From a virus (taxonomy: Duplodnaviria; Caudoviricetes), in the IMG/VR virus record IMGVR_UViG_3300028925_005942, positions 1 to 63,437 of that record: a DNA stretch of 63,437 bases. One strand, 5' to 3'. The notes beneath the pieces are model-generated. The model saw only the letters and a program-made list of their open reading frames with translations, searched no databases and had not been told where the DNA came from. The position numbers and the translations under genes are program-made. Within the stretch, counting starts at the first letter, position 1. Each line of letters opens with the position of its first letter. Shown here in pieces: positions 30,201-41,200 of this stretch.

Positions 30201-32256
30201 TACTTTTAATGATGGTTCTTGTATAGCTCCAGTTTGGGGTTGTACTGACCCGCTAGCAGTTAACTATATTGCTGGAGCAGATTTGGATGATGGTTCTTGT
30301 TCTTATGTTTCAGGTTGTGCGACAGGTACTCCTTCTTGGATACAGACAGACCCCCCTCTGAGTCATTACTCTCCTTATGGAGGTGAGTTCGCAGAAGATT
30401 CTACTGGGGGAATTTGGATGTGCGGAAGAAATGCTTGTGGGGCAAGTATGCATGCCTTAAAACTCGCTAAATGGAATACAACTACAGCTTTATGGGAAAA
30501 TCCCTTAGCTATGTGTGATGCGATTGACAACAGTGTGTTTCCATATGCTTCTATGGTTTTTGATAGCAACGATAATATATATGTACAGTATGGAAATTTA
30601 GTTCATAAATATACTGGCTCTTTAGCTGGCGGTGGTACTTGGACTGACATAACTGATGGAACTGATAAACCTTATAATTGGTATCAAAATCACATGAGTG
30701 TTGATTCGTCAGATAATATATATCAAAGTGACATATTGAAATGTATGAAATGGAACGGTACTTCTTGGACTAAAATACTAGAATACGGAGTCGGTAATGG
30801 CATAGGTGACATTAATAATATATGTGAACGTATGCTATGGATTGGTACAGACTTATACATGATTGTTAAAATCGCTGCGGTAGGGGTTAGGTTAGCAAAA
30901 TACAATGGTACTGTATGGAGTCTTGTTGGAGGTGATACTGGAACTAATCTAGGGGGGACAATAAACAGACAGACTACTGACTTAACAAAGGATAGCAATA
31001 ACAATATATATATTATAGGTGTTACGGCAAATGCAAGTATTGCTAGTAATGCGCAATTAACCGTAGCTAAATGGGATGGTAGTTCTTGGTCTATGCTAAA
31101 CTCAACCAATGATTTAATGACACCTACTCAGTATCTATATGATGGTGGTGTTTATGTATGTAAAGAAAGAGTTAGTATTAAGATAACAAGTACTGATGTA
31201 TTAGTAGCAGGTTTTGTTGACAATGGAAGAGATTTAGAGGTGAGGCAGTTAGATTTAAACGCAGGTACATTACAATGGGAATATCTTACTCCTACTGCTT
31301 CCTCTGTCATGACTACTACTCTTGCTGCTATAGTTTTTGTAGATAGTAGTGATGGGATTTGGGTGAAAGGTAATTATCAAGCTACAGTTAATACCTTCTT
31401 CTTAGACCCTTGTGTTCCTGTTCAACCTCCGCCACCTCCTGAACCGTGTACTGGGGTTACACTTATTCCAGATGTTGCCTTTGAGACGAGATTAGACGCA
31501 TATGGCATTGGGAATGGAATTATTGATGGTCAAGTTGAAGATATTTGTTATGTTGACAAAATAAATGTGAATAATTCAGATGGACTAATGTATTGTATTC
31601 CTGGAGATATATTAACCTTATCAGGGATAGAAGATTTTACAGCTTTAAAGGAGTTACTTTGTTTTGCTCATCCCTTGACGGCTGTAGGAGGTGTAGATTT
31701 AACTCAAAATATTTTATTAGAAGTAATAGATTTTCAGTGGACAGGCTTCACTTCTATAGATTTATCTACTTTATCAAACTTATGGAATTTTCTGAAAGCG
31801 GGAGCTGCTTCGGGTTGTGCAGGTTGGCCAGCATCAGACATGAATACGCTAACTTCAATAACATTACCAACGGCAGGAGTATTAACACAATTAATGCTTT
31901 CTTACCAGCCACTAACCAATAGCTCTATAATTAATCTTCCTCTTCAAACGTCTCTTGAAAATCTCTACCTTTATAATAACACAGGAATTACAACTCTTGA
32001 TTTAACTCTTAATACCGCTCTAAAGCTTATACGAGTTTATGGTTGCGGTCTTACTTCTTTAACTATAGGTAATAATATAGATTTAGCGGTTCTTGCTACT
32101 AATACTACTAGTGGGCTTAAGAGATTTAAAGCAACTGCAAATGACGCTAATTTAATAATACACGTAGGGAATGCTGCTGGTAGGGTAGCTCTTGCTCAAT
32201 CATTATTTACAGTGGCTAATGGAAGTATATCACCTGGAACAACTTTTGCAATATAA
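27259..32256 (+). CDS. large mosaic virion adhesin/fibre (SprB-like repeats, GCTD repeats, poly-Gly, beta-propeller-like region, LRR)
   Basis: DETIAGANDGTA...TYLWSNGETTSAITNLGPGLYSV; WGCTDxxxxNY...DDGSC x2; AKWDGSSW-type repeats; LSGIEDFTALKELLC LRR. Confidence 0.7.
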   Translation: MITSLKLEEVHIHAYDNSFATDAEMHGGIVFKFDNTNYQNNGISITLEDASGNLVSATSISSSVTGTTFNAFFGKHNTSSTNDRLLPGTYTAIFSSSVESTSMTHRFYIPNKTQLADTYYGVGNASIKYIIGYDAVNTTCTAEVVFPTSTGITWVYDTWEVKDADTGLISAPSPIAGSGGVGSNTPWFPIETVTTITDTKWEVQRFSNVTGNPALDNVFVYQDFGWEDIFDATTCGLPVVCSEPQFTILSTGDVSAANASDGTANIQATYAQPVTSTNLLFTVTGTAGNALSQNYSSTFLVSGTSPNFPIEYLTGLYEGTYLVTCIDENGCHTSSSFTIVAMPVWACTINMYPMEAPGCDSTMLIVDINTHYAGTSTYEVIWTNDAGTVLQSNVYPGQPANNSDFYTTFVTGNFTVTVNLLDSPCIGVTETYTFMHPVIPSFSGNLIKTDETIAGANDGTAEVIAAPSGTTYLWSNGETTSAITNLGPGLYSVACTWGGGKCTEGWSFEILEGKAYPDVDNLDICLNLNTGMFEFTDNNHYISNVPAPYIISINIEHSNGTTAYSGVSDIIIDNLDASLRTYDYTNQLGENFTIPIPQYSANDYIDDIYKITFDWNFEGTSISQDSKVVYLNASDLDLYNDLTIDATLTYSCDGDIESNDMTDYNISTTPYAFTRTHELFSQLSAGSALVSTSNAFVAYDLYSGGWSNMITTDIVWTVPPIISSPHSFSGVCFKKTITGSDTESVNCNIDPCVINQFMKNIKKRYDDSVCDRDIINIKKNKAKYQRAIELMVLYSTGDDSQCGSDFQELWDILEIANLDDITSLSCCGDPTVNNSMIADGSPYFSSISCDTGGGGTYGDGDSGGGGGGGGGGGGGGGGGGGGALCPCDSDTPMWGDAAQMAGDYVVGESVWIQATDVSGTIMDLCFELYEVPGGGFNTNGTEGESPFDDGGAYWNFQPCGYSNSLIWGCTDLTSDNYDPLATFNDGSCIAPVWGCTDPLAVNYIAGADLDDGSCSYVSGCATGTPSWIQTDPPLSHYSPYGGEFAEDSTGGIWMCGRNACGASMHALKLAKWNTTTALWENPLAMCDAIDNSVFPYASMVFDSNDNIYVQYGNLVHKYTGSLAGGGTWTDITDGTDKPYNWYQNHMSVDSSDNIYQSDILKCMKWNGTSWTKILEYGVGNGIGDINNICERMLWIGTDLYMIVKIAAVGVRLAKYNGTVWSLVGGDTGTNLGGTINRQTTDLTKDSNNNIYIIGVTANASIASNAQLTVAKWDGSSWSMLNSTNDLMTPTQYLYDGGVYVCKERVSIKITSTDVLVAGFVDNGRDLEVRQLDLNAGTLQWEYLTPTASSVMTTTLAAIVFVDSSDGIWVKGNYQATVNTFFLDPCVPVQPPPPPEPCTGVTLIPDVAFETRLDAYGIGNGIIDGQVEDICYVDKINVNNSDGLMYCIPGDILTLSGIEDFTALKELLCFAHPLTAVGGVDLTQNILLEVIDFQWTGFTSIDLSTLSNLWNFLKAGAASGCAGWPASDMNTLTSITLPTAGVLTQLMLSYQPLTNSSIINLPLQTSLENLYLYNNTGITTLDLTLNTALKLIRVYGCGLTSLTIGNNIDLAVLATNTTSGLKRFKATANDANLIIHVGNAAGRVALAQSLFTVANGSISPGTTFAI
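29845..29904 (+). repeat. (GGN)20 trinucleotide tract encoding poly-glycine
   Basis: Direct reading of the GGT/GGC run. Confidence 0.9.
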
Positions 32257-32266
32257 AAAATAATAT

Positions 32267-32935
32267 ATGTCTAGAATAAATCACGATAAAAAAAAGAAAC
32301 AAGGTAGCACAAATGATATCTTTAGAAGCGTAAGCAAAAGTAAACGTATTCGTAAGAAAGTCGGCCATAAAGGTGACTATGCTGTAGTCAAGACTGGTAG
32401 TTCGTTTATAACTTCCGTAGAGACTGGACTAGGAACAGTGGCATCTCCTTTTCTATATACTATTGATGTAGATAGTGGATTAAAATCTAAGTTAGCTTCT
32501 CAAAGAGCTAGTTCTATCACCCTTGATACAGACTCTATACAACAGAGAGCAACACTTGGTAATAATTTATTAGCATTAAATTTAAAAAAGAAGAGTCTAA
32601 AGATAATAGACTTCCAGGCATCTATTAATGCTACTAGTAATGGTATTAATGTTGGTGTTAGTGAATTCGGCAGAAATAATGAATATACATATACTTTATC
32701 GAGCTTAAATAATGTTCTTGACAAAAATAATCACTTTGCAATTATATTCACAAATGAATTAAACCGTATCCCTGTATTGCATTACGGATGTGATAAAGAA
32801 GGATATAACATTGATATAGTATCAATAAGTAAGAAAACAATAGGATTTAAAATAACATACGATAAGATGGATGTAACCAATAGATACCTTTCAAGTCAAG
32901 ATGATTTAGACATTAGCTTTGTCATAGAATGGTAG
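32267..32935 (+). CDS. hypothetical protein
   Basis: ORF track; basic N-terminus. Confidence 0.6.
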   Translation: MSRINHDKKKKQGSTNDIFRSVSKSKRIRKKVGHKGDYAVVKTGSSFITSVETGLGTVASPFLYTIDVDSGLKSKLASQRASSITLDTDSIQQRATLGNNLLALNLKKKSLKIIDFQASINATSNGINVGVSEFGRNNEYTYTLSSLNNVLDKNNHFAIIFTNELNRIPVLHYGCDKEGYNIDIVSISKKTIGFKITYDKMDVTNRYLSSQDDLDISFVIEW

Positions 32936-32984
32936 GTTTATTGGAAGGAATTCATTATATTTGTAATAATTATACACATAAAAC

Positions 32985-34601
32985 ATGGCAATAACATTTG
33001 ATTTACTATTTAATATGGCTTCTAACGAAGTCACTCTTAGCGATACGACTGATTATACAGGGTACACAACACCCGTACATGGGGTGGTTAGTATTGTAAG
33101 TACTACGTTTGGAGCCTTAAACACTCCAGGAACCAATCTTGTTCCTGATATAACGATTGCTTCTGGTGATTTTAGTCCAGCTGGGCAGTCGTCAAGAAAT
33201 TTCTTGGTAACAACAGGTAGTCCATCTCCAGGAACCCCATTCAACGGGGATTGGACTGTAACATACTCTATATACGATGATGCAGGGCAAACAGGATTTG
33301 CAGAATCAGCTATAACTAAATCATTTACCTTTTCTTTTATTGGGATTACTGCTGCACTTTCTATAGTTACATCTAATACTGCGTCTCAAGCTACATCAAC
33401 AGACTCTACAGATTACCTAAATGGAGGGGCATATACTTTAATTGCCGAGGCTAAAACACATTCAATATACGCTCCTCATGGAGCTGTGGATGCAGCAGGA
33501 AATGCTATACCATCTCCAGCAGATACAGGTAGCTCTTCGGTAATAACATACACTGGGATAACTACTGGAGTATGGTCATCAGAAATAACTAATATTTATA
33601 CTGTTGGGCTCAACGGAGGAATGGGGGCTGACAAAACTCACAATGTTAAGAACATAACGCAATTTGATGCGTATGCTGAGGCTAGTAGTACTGTTGGATT
33701 GTGTAATGTTTATTGCTGTTTAAAAGCATTGAACTTAAGGTATGAAGAAGCTAAGTGTATGAATAAATCATTAGCTGAAAACTATAAGAATAAGATAGAA
33801 GATGTGACTAGATTGGTCACTCTTTATAATCAATCTGTGAATTGCGGATTAAATGCAGATGCGGAGGTTTATTTATTGGAGATTATGAATGTGTCTGAAT
33901 GCAATACAGAATGCAATTGTTACGGTAAAGATGAAGGTGGAGGAGATGAAAGGCCACCAGCATTAATTCCTATTACATCAAGCACTTCATCTAAATCATA
34001 TAATTTAGTTGCAGGCTCTTCTGATATGGTAATATCATCAGCAGGTACAGGTTCTTCTGCTAGTCCTGTAGTGTACAATATGAAATTAGGGGCTGGTGTG
34101 AGTGGGGACATTGCTTTTATAGCATCCAACTTAAATAAATCTATTGATAATATAGCTATAATAAAAAAGTCAACCACAAAGATAGAGTCTAAAATAAGCA
34201 CTTTATCTACAGGAGTAAATCAACAAGCTTACAATGTAGAGTTAAATAATTCAACTACAACAGCCACTACCACTCAACTAGTATCAACTACTGGAATATT
34301 TAATAGTGCGGCTTCAACAGTATATAACAACTCAGGATTAGCTAATTTTCTTGATATGAATAATTCATTCACTGTAAGTAATATATACTCATCTACTTTA
34401 ACTAATAATTTGTTTTCTGTAACTCCTACTAGTCATAGTAATAGTAGAGTATCTGTTCAGGTAACTAATAAGACTACGGCTGGTTTAGGTGCGTTCTCCT
34501 TTAGACTTATGGATACAGAAACGAATCAACCTTTAACTAACAAAGAGTTAAATAACTACACAATGCTTTTAAACATAACATTCAGAATAATTATAAAATA
34601 A
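32985..34601 (+). CDS. virion structural protein (fibre/hub candidate)
   Basis: S/T/G-rich; N-terminal half similar to the middle of 27259..32256. Confidence 0.55.
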   Translation: MAITFDLLFNMASNEVTLSDTTDYTGYTTPVHGVVSIVSTTFGALNTPGTNLVPDITIASGDFSPAGQSSRNFLVTTGSPSPGTPFNGDWTVTYSIYDDAGQTGFAESAITKSFTFSFIGITAALSIVTSNTASQATSTDSTDYLNGGAYTLIAEAKTHSIYAPHGAVDAAGNAIPSPADTGSSSVITYTGITTGVWSSEITNIYTVGLNGGMGADKTHNVKNITQFDAYAEASSTVGLCNVYCCLKALNLRYEEAKCMNKSLAENYKNKIEDVTRLVTLYNQSVNCGLNADAEVYLLEIMNVSECNTECNCYGKDEGGGDERPPALIPITSSTSSKSYNLVAGSSDMVISSAGTGSSASPVVYNMKLGAGVSGDIAFIASNLNKSIDNIAIIKKSTTKIESKISTLSTGVNQQAYNVELNNSTTTATTTQLVSTTGIFNSAASTVYNNSGLANFLDMNNSFTVSNIYSSTLTNNLFSVTPTSHSNSRVSVQVTNKTTAGLGAFSFRLMDTETNQPLTNKELNNYTMLLNITFRIIIK

Positions 34602-34602
34602 A

Positions 34603-36141
34603 ATGGCAATAAATAATTTAGGAAACGGTAGTGGATATCTTTATATCACTGATACAAGTAACGGAATATTATCTAACATAGTAAATAATACTACAGGAAG
34701 GAAATCAGTATTAAAGGACGCATTGATAAATGCAACTTTAGCTGATAACTCAACAAGTATTACAAACGACAGAAAATACTTTATTAATACGGCAGGTACT
34801 GAGGGGTCTATAGCAGGAGCTACAGATATAACTAATTATGTTACATCTATAGGTGTGAATAATAGATTCTTAGTGGATGACGCTACAATAGCTACTGGAG
34901 TAATTACTTACACTAGAAAAGGAAGTATTCAAAGACTTAGGGTAGATACACAGGGAGCAGCGTCAACTGACAATGTTTTTCGTATAAGTGAAACCAATGC
35001 GTATACAACAGACGGAGATATTATGATACTTGTAGGTGAAAACACTGCAAGAGTCGTTAGCGCACTGGATAAAGCTTCAGCGGCAGCATCTACAGATAAC
35101 GGAGGGTCAGCGCCTACAGGGGTTGGTATTCTAGCTTTAGATAGCGCTACGGCATTTAGTACTAGTGACGATACTTTTTCTTTAATGTTACAATATAATG
35201 CTGATACGGATATATGGTTTGAAATTAATAGAACTCCAGGTGCAGTTATTACTGATGTTAAGCTTAGAGATGCTGGAATCAATATACCTAAGAAAGGAAC
35301 TAAGTTAATTGCTTCTATAGTTGCAGGTGGTAGTTTTACCCCTACAAACGATACTACATCTGGAATTATCCATGTATCAGGAACTCATGATATTTCTGCT
35401 GGGGCTTATACTATTAACCCTCCTACTGGAGGAACTCCTATAGAGGGGGATGAATTTACTGTAGTATGGGAAGCTAATCTAACTACATCGGGAGTGGTTA
35501 CTGTATTTGGTGCTGTATTAGACTCAGCGAATTACGCAGCAGGAGCTACAGATACAATAGAGATTAAAACAAGATATATCAATGGAGGATGGAAGACAGG
35601 TACTATTGTTAAAGATACTAAAGCTATAACAGCAACTAGAGAGCCAGTAATTAGTAATCCTTCATCCGCAGGTCAGTTTTTAACATCAACAACTGGAGGT
35701 GCTAGAAGTTGGTCGGTAGTTAATACAGGATTAAAGACATTAACCTTTGAATATGATTTCTCTAGACTCGGAGGAACTATTGGTACTATTGAACTTGCAA
35801 CCGCAACTAATGGAAGTGCTATTCCAAGTGGAGCTATTATATCTCCATCAAATAGTGTTATTGAAACGATAACAGCACTTACGGGAGAGGCAGCATGTAC
35901 AATTAAATTAGGAATAATACCAGCGGCAACAGCATCAGGCTCGTTAGCTGTTGATGATGATTATTTCTCTACTGCAATAGCTTTTGATGCCGCTCCTTTT
36001 TCATCTACAAATGGGGTTAAAATATGCTCAGGAAGTATTGGGAAGATTGCAGGTGGTATCGCTACATTGTCTGTAGTTATAGCTGGGGGAGGAATATTGT
36101 CAGGTAAATTTAATATTATCGTAGCTTATTACGAATCATAA
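34603..36141 (+). CDS. putative tail fibre/spike protein
   Basis: T/G/A-rich beta-structure composition, located in the tail module. Confidence 0.5.
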   Translation: MAINNLGNGSGYLYITDTSNGILSNIVNNTTGRKSVLKDALINATLADNSTSITNDRKYFINTAGTEGSIAGATDITNYVTSIGVNNRFLVDDATIATGVITYTRKGSIQRLRVDTQGAASTDNVFRISETNAYTTDGDIMILVGENTARVVSALDKASAAASTDNGGSAPTGVGILALDSATAFSTSDDTFSLMLQYNADTDIWFEINRTPGAVITDVKLRDAGINIPKKGTKLIASIVAGGSFTPTNDTTSGIIHVSGTHDISAGAYTINPPTGGTPIEGDEFTVVWEANLTTSGVVTVFGAVLDSANYAAGATDTIEIKTRYINGGWKTGTIVKDTKAITATREPVISNPSSAGQFLTSTTGGARSWSVVNTGLKTLTFEYDFSRLGGTIGTIELATATNGSAIPSGAIISPSNSVIETITALTGEAACTIKLGIIPAATASGSLAVDDDYFSTAIAFDAAPFSSTNGVKICSGSIGKIAGGIATLSVVIAGGGILSGKFNIIVAYYES

Positions 36142-36152
36142 AAACAAAATAG

Positions 36153-36923
36153 ATGGCTATCAATATTGACGAATTATATAAGTTTGTTCAGTTTGTTGCT
36201 AATAAAGAGCAATCTGGATTCATAAAACCATCGGAGTTCAACTTATCAGTTGATAGGGCTCAGATGCAATTATTTATGGAAAGATATGGAAATCCTGCTG
36301 AGTATCAGCCAGGAAGACCTGTACCTAGAATCGCATATAATCAGACACAGAAAATTTCTGATGATTTAAGAGAGTTTATAGTTAGAGGAACATTTAATGT
36401 ACCTGCAAATGGTATAATGAGCTATCCTTCTAATTATTTACATTTCTCTTCAGCATCATCCTCTTACTTAGATAGTTCTATGTCCATTAAGGATGTTAGT
36501 GAGGATTGCCCTGACTGCAATAAAGCACAAAAAAAGAAAAATATGACCGCTTCTATTATAAATAAAATGGTAAGTATTAGGCATATTGATGATTTTGAAT
36601 TAGCTAATATTCTTGGCTCCTCAATTGTACCTCCTACAAAGGAGTACCCAATACTAACTTTCTATAGCGAAGGAGTTCAATATCACCCTAAAGATATAGG
36701 TTCGGTGGATTTTGTTTACTTAAGAAGACCTCTTAAACCATTATGGTCGTTCACAACACCAGTTTCAAAACCTGTATACGATTCAGCTAATTCTATTGAC
36801 TTAGAATGGCCTGAGCAAGTGTTTAATGAGATTGCAGTAAGAATATTATCTTTTGTAGGTATCAACCTTAGAGAGGCTGATTTAGCTCAATACAGTGACG
36901 GTAAACGACAAACAGGAATATAA
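36153..36923 (+). CDS. tail ring/tubular (head-tail connector) protein
   Basis: INIDELYKFV..VANKEQSGFIKPSEFN...YLRRP...W pattern. Confidence 0.65.
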   Translation: MAINIDELYKFVQFVANKEQSGFIKPSEFNLSVDRAQMQLFMERYGNPAEYQPGRPVPRIAYNQTQKISDDLREFIVRGTFNVPANGIMSYPSNYLHFSSASSSYLDSSMSIKDVSEDCPDCNKAQKKKNMTASIINKMVSIRHIDDFELANILGSSIVPPTKEYPILTFYSEGVQYHPKDIGSVDFVYLRRPLKPLWSFTTPVSKPVYDSANSIDLEWPEQVFNEIAVRILSFVGINLREADLAQYSDGKRQTGI

Positions 36924-37550
36924 ATGGCTACTACAAAAAAACAATTAGCAGAACAAATAATTAGAATACTTAATTCAGGGGATGTGAGTACTGATAATTC
37001 TATAGACCCTAGAGAACTTCTTCTAGCTATAGAACAAGAAAGAGATAGATTAGTTAGATTGAGATTATTCGAATCTATGAAGATGGGTAATCCGACAATA
37101 CCAGGAGATGTTGTATCTGCATTCGATAGTATAAAAATAAAGAAAGACGTAGTAAAGAATTTATTATATTCAGATTTACCAGGACGTGTAATGTCTTTAC
37201 CAGAAGATAAGGGAATAGCTCATGTTAGTTATACAAAAGACCAGTACAATGCTTTTGTTAGAATGCCTAATGGTTCTTTAAGCCTTTACAACGGATTATT
37301 ATCTTCTATGATAGGAGGTAGAGGAGGTTACTGGCTAGAAGGAGATAGATTATATTATAATGATTCGGTTGATGATTGCTGTGGTAACACTGTGATTGTT
37401 AAAATGGTAATGAATTCAGGTGATTTAGACCCTAATGAACCATTTCCAATTCCTTCTGATTTAGAGTCAGAAGTTGTAAAGAATGTTATTTCTTTATATT
37501 CTTTAATGAAACAAGCTCCTAATGATGAACAAAACGATAATATAGAATAA
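36924..37550 (+). CDS. tail ring protein
   Basis: Position; ends with FPIPSDL...DEQND. Confidence 0.5.
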   Translation: MATTKKQLAEQIIRILNSGDVSTDNSIDPRELLLAIEQERDRLVRLRLFESMKMGNPTIPGDVVSAFDSIKIKKDVVKNLLYSDLPGRVMSLPEDKGIAHVSYTKDQYNAFVRMPNGSLSLYNGLLSSMIGGRGGYWLEGDRLYYNDSVDDCCGNTVIVKMVMNSGDLDPNEPFPIPSDLESEVVKNVISLYSLMKQAPNDEQNDNIE

Positions 37551-37551
37551 T

Positions 37552-38289
37552 ATGGCATTAGACACTACATTAAATGAAGTCGTTAAATCTCTCCTAATAC
37601 AACAAGGAGAAACTTCCGAGCATAAGTATATGCAATACTTAGATATCGCTATAAGGGGCTTAAAAGAGCTTACCTTTGATATCTTACAGCAGATTAAAGT
37701 AGCAAGTCTAGACGTGAATAGCAATCTTACTGTGGACTTACCTAAAGACTACGTTAACTATGCGAAAATTGGTATATGTAAGTCTGATGGCAGGATACAT
37801 ACCTTAGGTTTTGATGAGCAAATATGTATAGCTAATAATTTAGATTGTTGTGGAGCTCCAGATTCAAATGGAGGAAGAGGTGCTGAGAATTACTCAGGTA
37901 ACTATAGGAACGGAGAAGCTACTGGAGGTTTATATGGATTAGGAGGAGGACAGAATAAGAATGGATATTACAGGGTAGATAGAGAGAAGAATCAAATTGC
38001 CTTGTCCTCAGACTTAGGGGGCAAGCAACTTATACTTGAATATGTATCTGATGGCTCTAGCGTGAACGGAGAAATGAAGGTTAATGCTATGGCTGAAGAA
38101 GCTTTAAGAGCTTACATATATTGGAAGCTTGTGCAAAGAAGAAATAATGTTCCTCTTCAGGAAAAAGAATCCGCTAGGAGAGATTTTTATAATGAGAAAA
38201 GATTATCAAGAGCTAGAATCGTAAACTTTACTCCTGACCAAGCAAGACAAATCACAAGAAAAAGTTTTAAACAATCTCCTAAATTCTAA
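37552..38289 (+). CDS. tail ring protein
   Basis: AIRGLKELTFD...LPKDYVNY...ILEYVSDG...AEEALRAYI. Confidence 0.6.
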   Translation: MALDTTLNEVVKSLLIQQGETSEHKYMQYLDIAIRGLKELTFDILQQIKVASLDVNSNLTVDLPKDYVNYAKIGICKSDGRIHTLGFDEQICIANNLDCCGAPDSNGGRGAENYSGNYRNGEATGGLYGLGGGQNKNGYYRVDREKNQIALSSDLGGKQLILEYVSDGSSVNGEMKVNAMAEEALRAYIYWKLVQRRNNVPLQEKESARRDFYNEKRLSRARIVNFTPDQARQITRKSFKQSPKF

Positions 38290-38291
38290 AT

Positions 38292-41200
38292 ATGGCTATA
38301 GAGAAAAAGATATTTGCAGGTGGGGGGATGGATATGGATACTGATGAAAGATTCATGGCAAAAACAGACTACAAGAAAGCTGTTAATTGTCGTATTTCTA
38401 AAACAGATGAAGGTAATGATGGTATCGTAGAAAATATTCGCTCTAATTTAAAAAGAACAAATCCACCTATAGATGATGGAGATATTTGTATTGGTACTTA
38501 TGAGGACAAGAGTACTGAATCTGTTATATTTTTTATTTATGCAGCTGACGGTAATCATGGTATATACAGGAGATTAGGAGCTGGAAATATTCAAACAATA
38601 TTACAAGACCCTATACTTAATTTTTCATGGAGGCACTTAGTCACGGGAGTTAATGTAGTAGGCTCTGATGAAGATAAATTTCCTGACGGACTTCTTTATT
38701 GGACAGATGATTATAATCCACCAAGAAAGATTAATATCGATAAAGCTCTGACAAGTGGTTATTCTTTTATTACAGAAACTATTTTAGATGCTATCAAACA
38801 TCCTCCGCAAGAGCATCCTAGAAGTTATGGATTTGTAACAGATTCAAATGTACCTTCTAATCAGTTAAAATCTAAATCATGGCAGTTTAAATATAGATGG
38901 GTATATGATGATGGAGAAAAATCTTCTTGGTCTCCAATTAGTCCTAATTATATTGATACTTCTTTTTCTGCTTACTATAATGATTTCGGCGATACTTCTT
39001 ACGAAAACAATGCTATACCAATTCGTTTTATGTCTGGCTCTGAGACTGTAGCTAGAATACAAATAGCTTCAAGAAACACAAACGGAATAGATGATTTTTT
39101 ATTAATTGCAGACATAGATAAAGTAAGGGTTAATGAATTAGTCACAGCAGGCCCTCCTCCACCAACTTATCTTGGTGAGCTATCACTCCCTTTAGTTCCA
39201 GTATTAGGAGACAATGCTAGTTATTATTTAGTCTTTTATAACAATGGAATATATTCCACTATAGATTCAGTAGAGTCTAATAAATTATATAACGATGTTC
39301 CACATCTAGCTAAAGCACAAGAAATAGTAGATGGAAATATTATTGTATATGGAAATGTCGTATCAGGTCAAACCGTAGATAATGTTGTTGATATTTCTTT
39401 ATCCCCAGGGCATCTAGATGAAAACATATTAAGCGAAAATGTTTCTTCAGTAACTCTACCAGCAATTTCGATGGTAGAGACGATATGGAGTGATTGGGTA
39501 GACCCTTGGGGAGGGATACGGGAAAGAAAATGTAGGTTTAGAGCTTTTTTAAGATGGGAAATAAATGATGTACCATCAACTTGTAATTCTATATATCATC
39601 TTGAAGTTGAAGATGTGATGTTTGGGGGGCTTGTTAATGGTTATCCTGGGATAAACAATCCTCATCTATCAATACTTAATATTAATTTTACATCATCTAT
39701 GCAAGCTACTTCCACAGCAGCAGCAACGGTGGCTAATAATATTGTCGCTGAATTAAATACAGCTTCCAGTTCTGAATTTGATTATAATAATATTCAAGGA
39801 ACTAGAGGGTCATGGGCAGGATACAGCTTTACTGGATTTTTACACAGCACTCACGTCTGGTCAGTAGTTACTTCAGGAGGTACTACATACGTTCAGTTAA
39901 AACTAGAGACAGAAAAGACTCCAGGAAGACTACCTTGGTCAGACTCGGGAGCAGGAACTATCTGGAGTACATATAGGCTTGCGGGGTTTGCTTACCCATC
40001 AGGAGGTTTAGGAGGATATCAATCTAATTGGATACCTTTAAATGGGATGAATTACGTTTCTCAATTCTTAGACAGGTCAGCAGAATTAGCTAATAGTGCT
40101 CACGCTTGGGTAGGACAAAAAATACAGCAAAATACAAGCTTTTATACGTTAAGCGCTACCCATCTTGAATATTATTTGTTTTCTAATCAATGGTTTATTG
40201 ACCAGATTGCTTCAAGTAACGGATGGTTTATGTATACTCCTGGAGGTATCAGTTTTATGGGATATAATTACACAACATCATCTGCATCGGATTATGCAAA
40301 TCTACAAGGGGTTGATTCGGTTAATCCTGAGTATGTAAATATTTATGAAAATTTATGTGCAGGTAAAAATTTCAAAGCTATACATCCTTCATTTAAGACG
40401 GGAGCTAAACACAGATTTGGATTAGTTTATTATGATAGAGGTAATAGGAGCTCTTCCGTAAAGCTAGGAAAAACATCTGAAGTTTACATTCCTAAAACCT
40501 CAGAAACAGTTCCTTCTTACTTTAATACCACTCTAGGAGCTAATACAAATATGTATTCTGGAACTTGGCATATTGACTGGGAAATTAATCATGCTCCACC
40601 TGATTGGGCTACGCATTATCAATGGGTTTACGGAGGGAATACACTTACAGATAGTTTCTTGCAATTTGTTACTGACGGTATATATGATGGGGTGCATGCG
40701 ATGAAGAATAGCGGAAAGGTAATACCAACTACAGGTGTGCCTATATCATCAGGTACTTATGCTAATAATGTTTTAATAGACATAACAAACATAAGGAAAT
40801 TCCAAGAAGGAGAGTCTGGTGAAGTTGTTAAATACAATTTTAAAGAAGGGGATATGCTTAGATTTGTTCTGGATGAAGTATCTCAACCTTCCATCAGCGC
40901 TTCTTTTGAATTCCCTATTGTTGGTGTAGCTGGAGAGCGTGATTTACCTTCAATAATACATTCTGAAACTGGTGCTGCTGGTGCTGACTCTGAATTTGAT
41001 AATAAAGATTTTTTAGTTTTAGCAAGAGAAACAGCACTTACCTCTGGGGGTATTGTTGTTGACCCTGTTGCTGCGATTGCTGTATATAAAAATTACACGC
41101 TAGAAATATACTCACCTAAAAGTGATTTAGAGAATGACGCTATTATTTATAATGAATTTAGCAATGTAGGATATATATATTTCGACCCTGCTACAGGGAC

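Noticed and set aside
27259-36141. Diversity-generating retroelement acting on fibre genes
   Set aside because: No reverse transcriptase and no adenine-variable TR/VR pair seen
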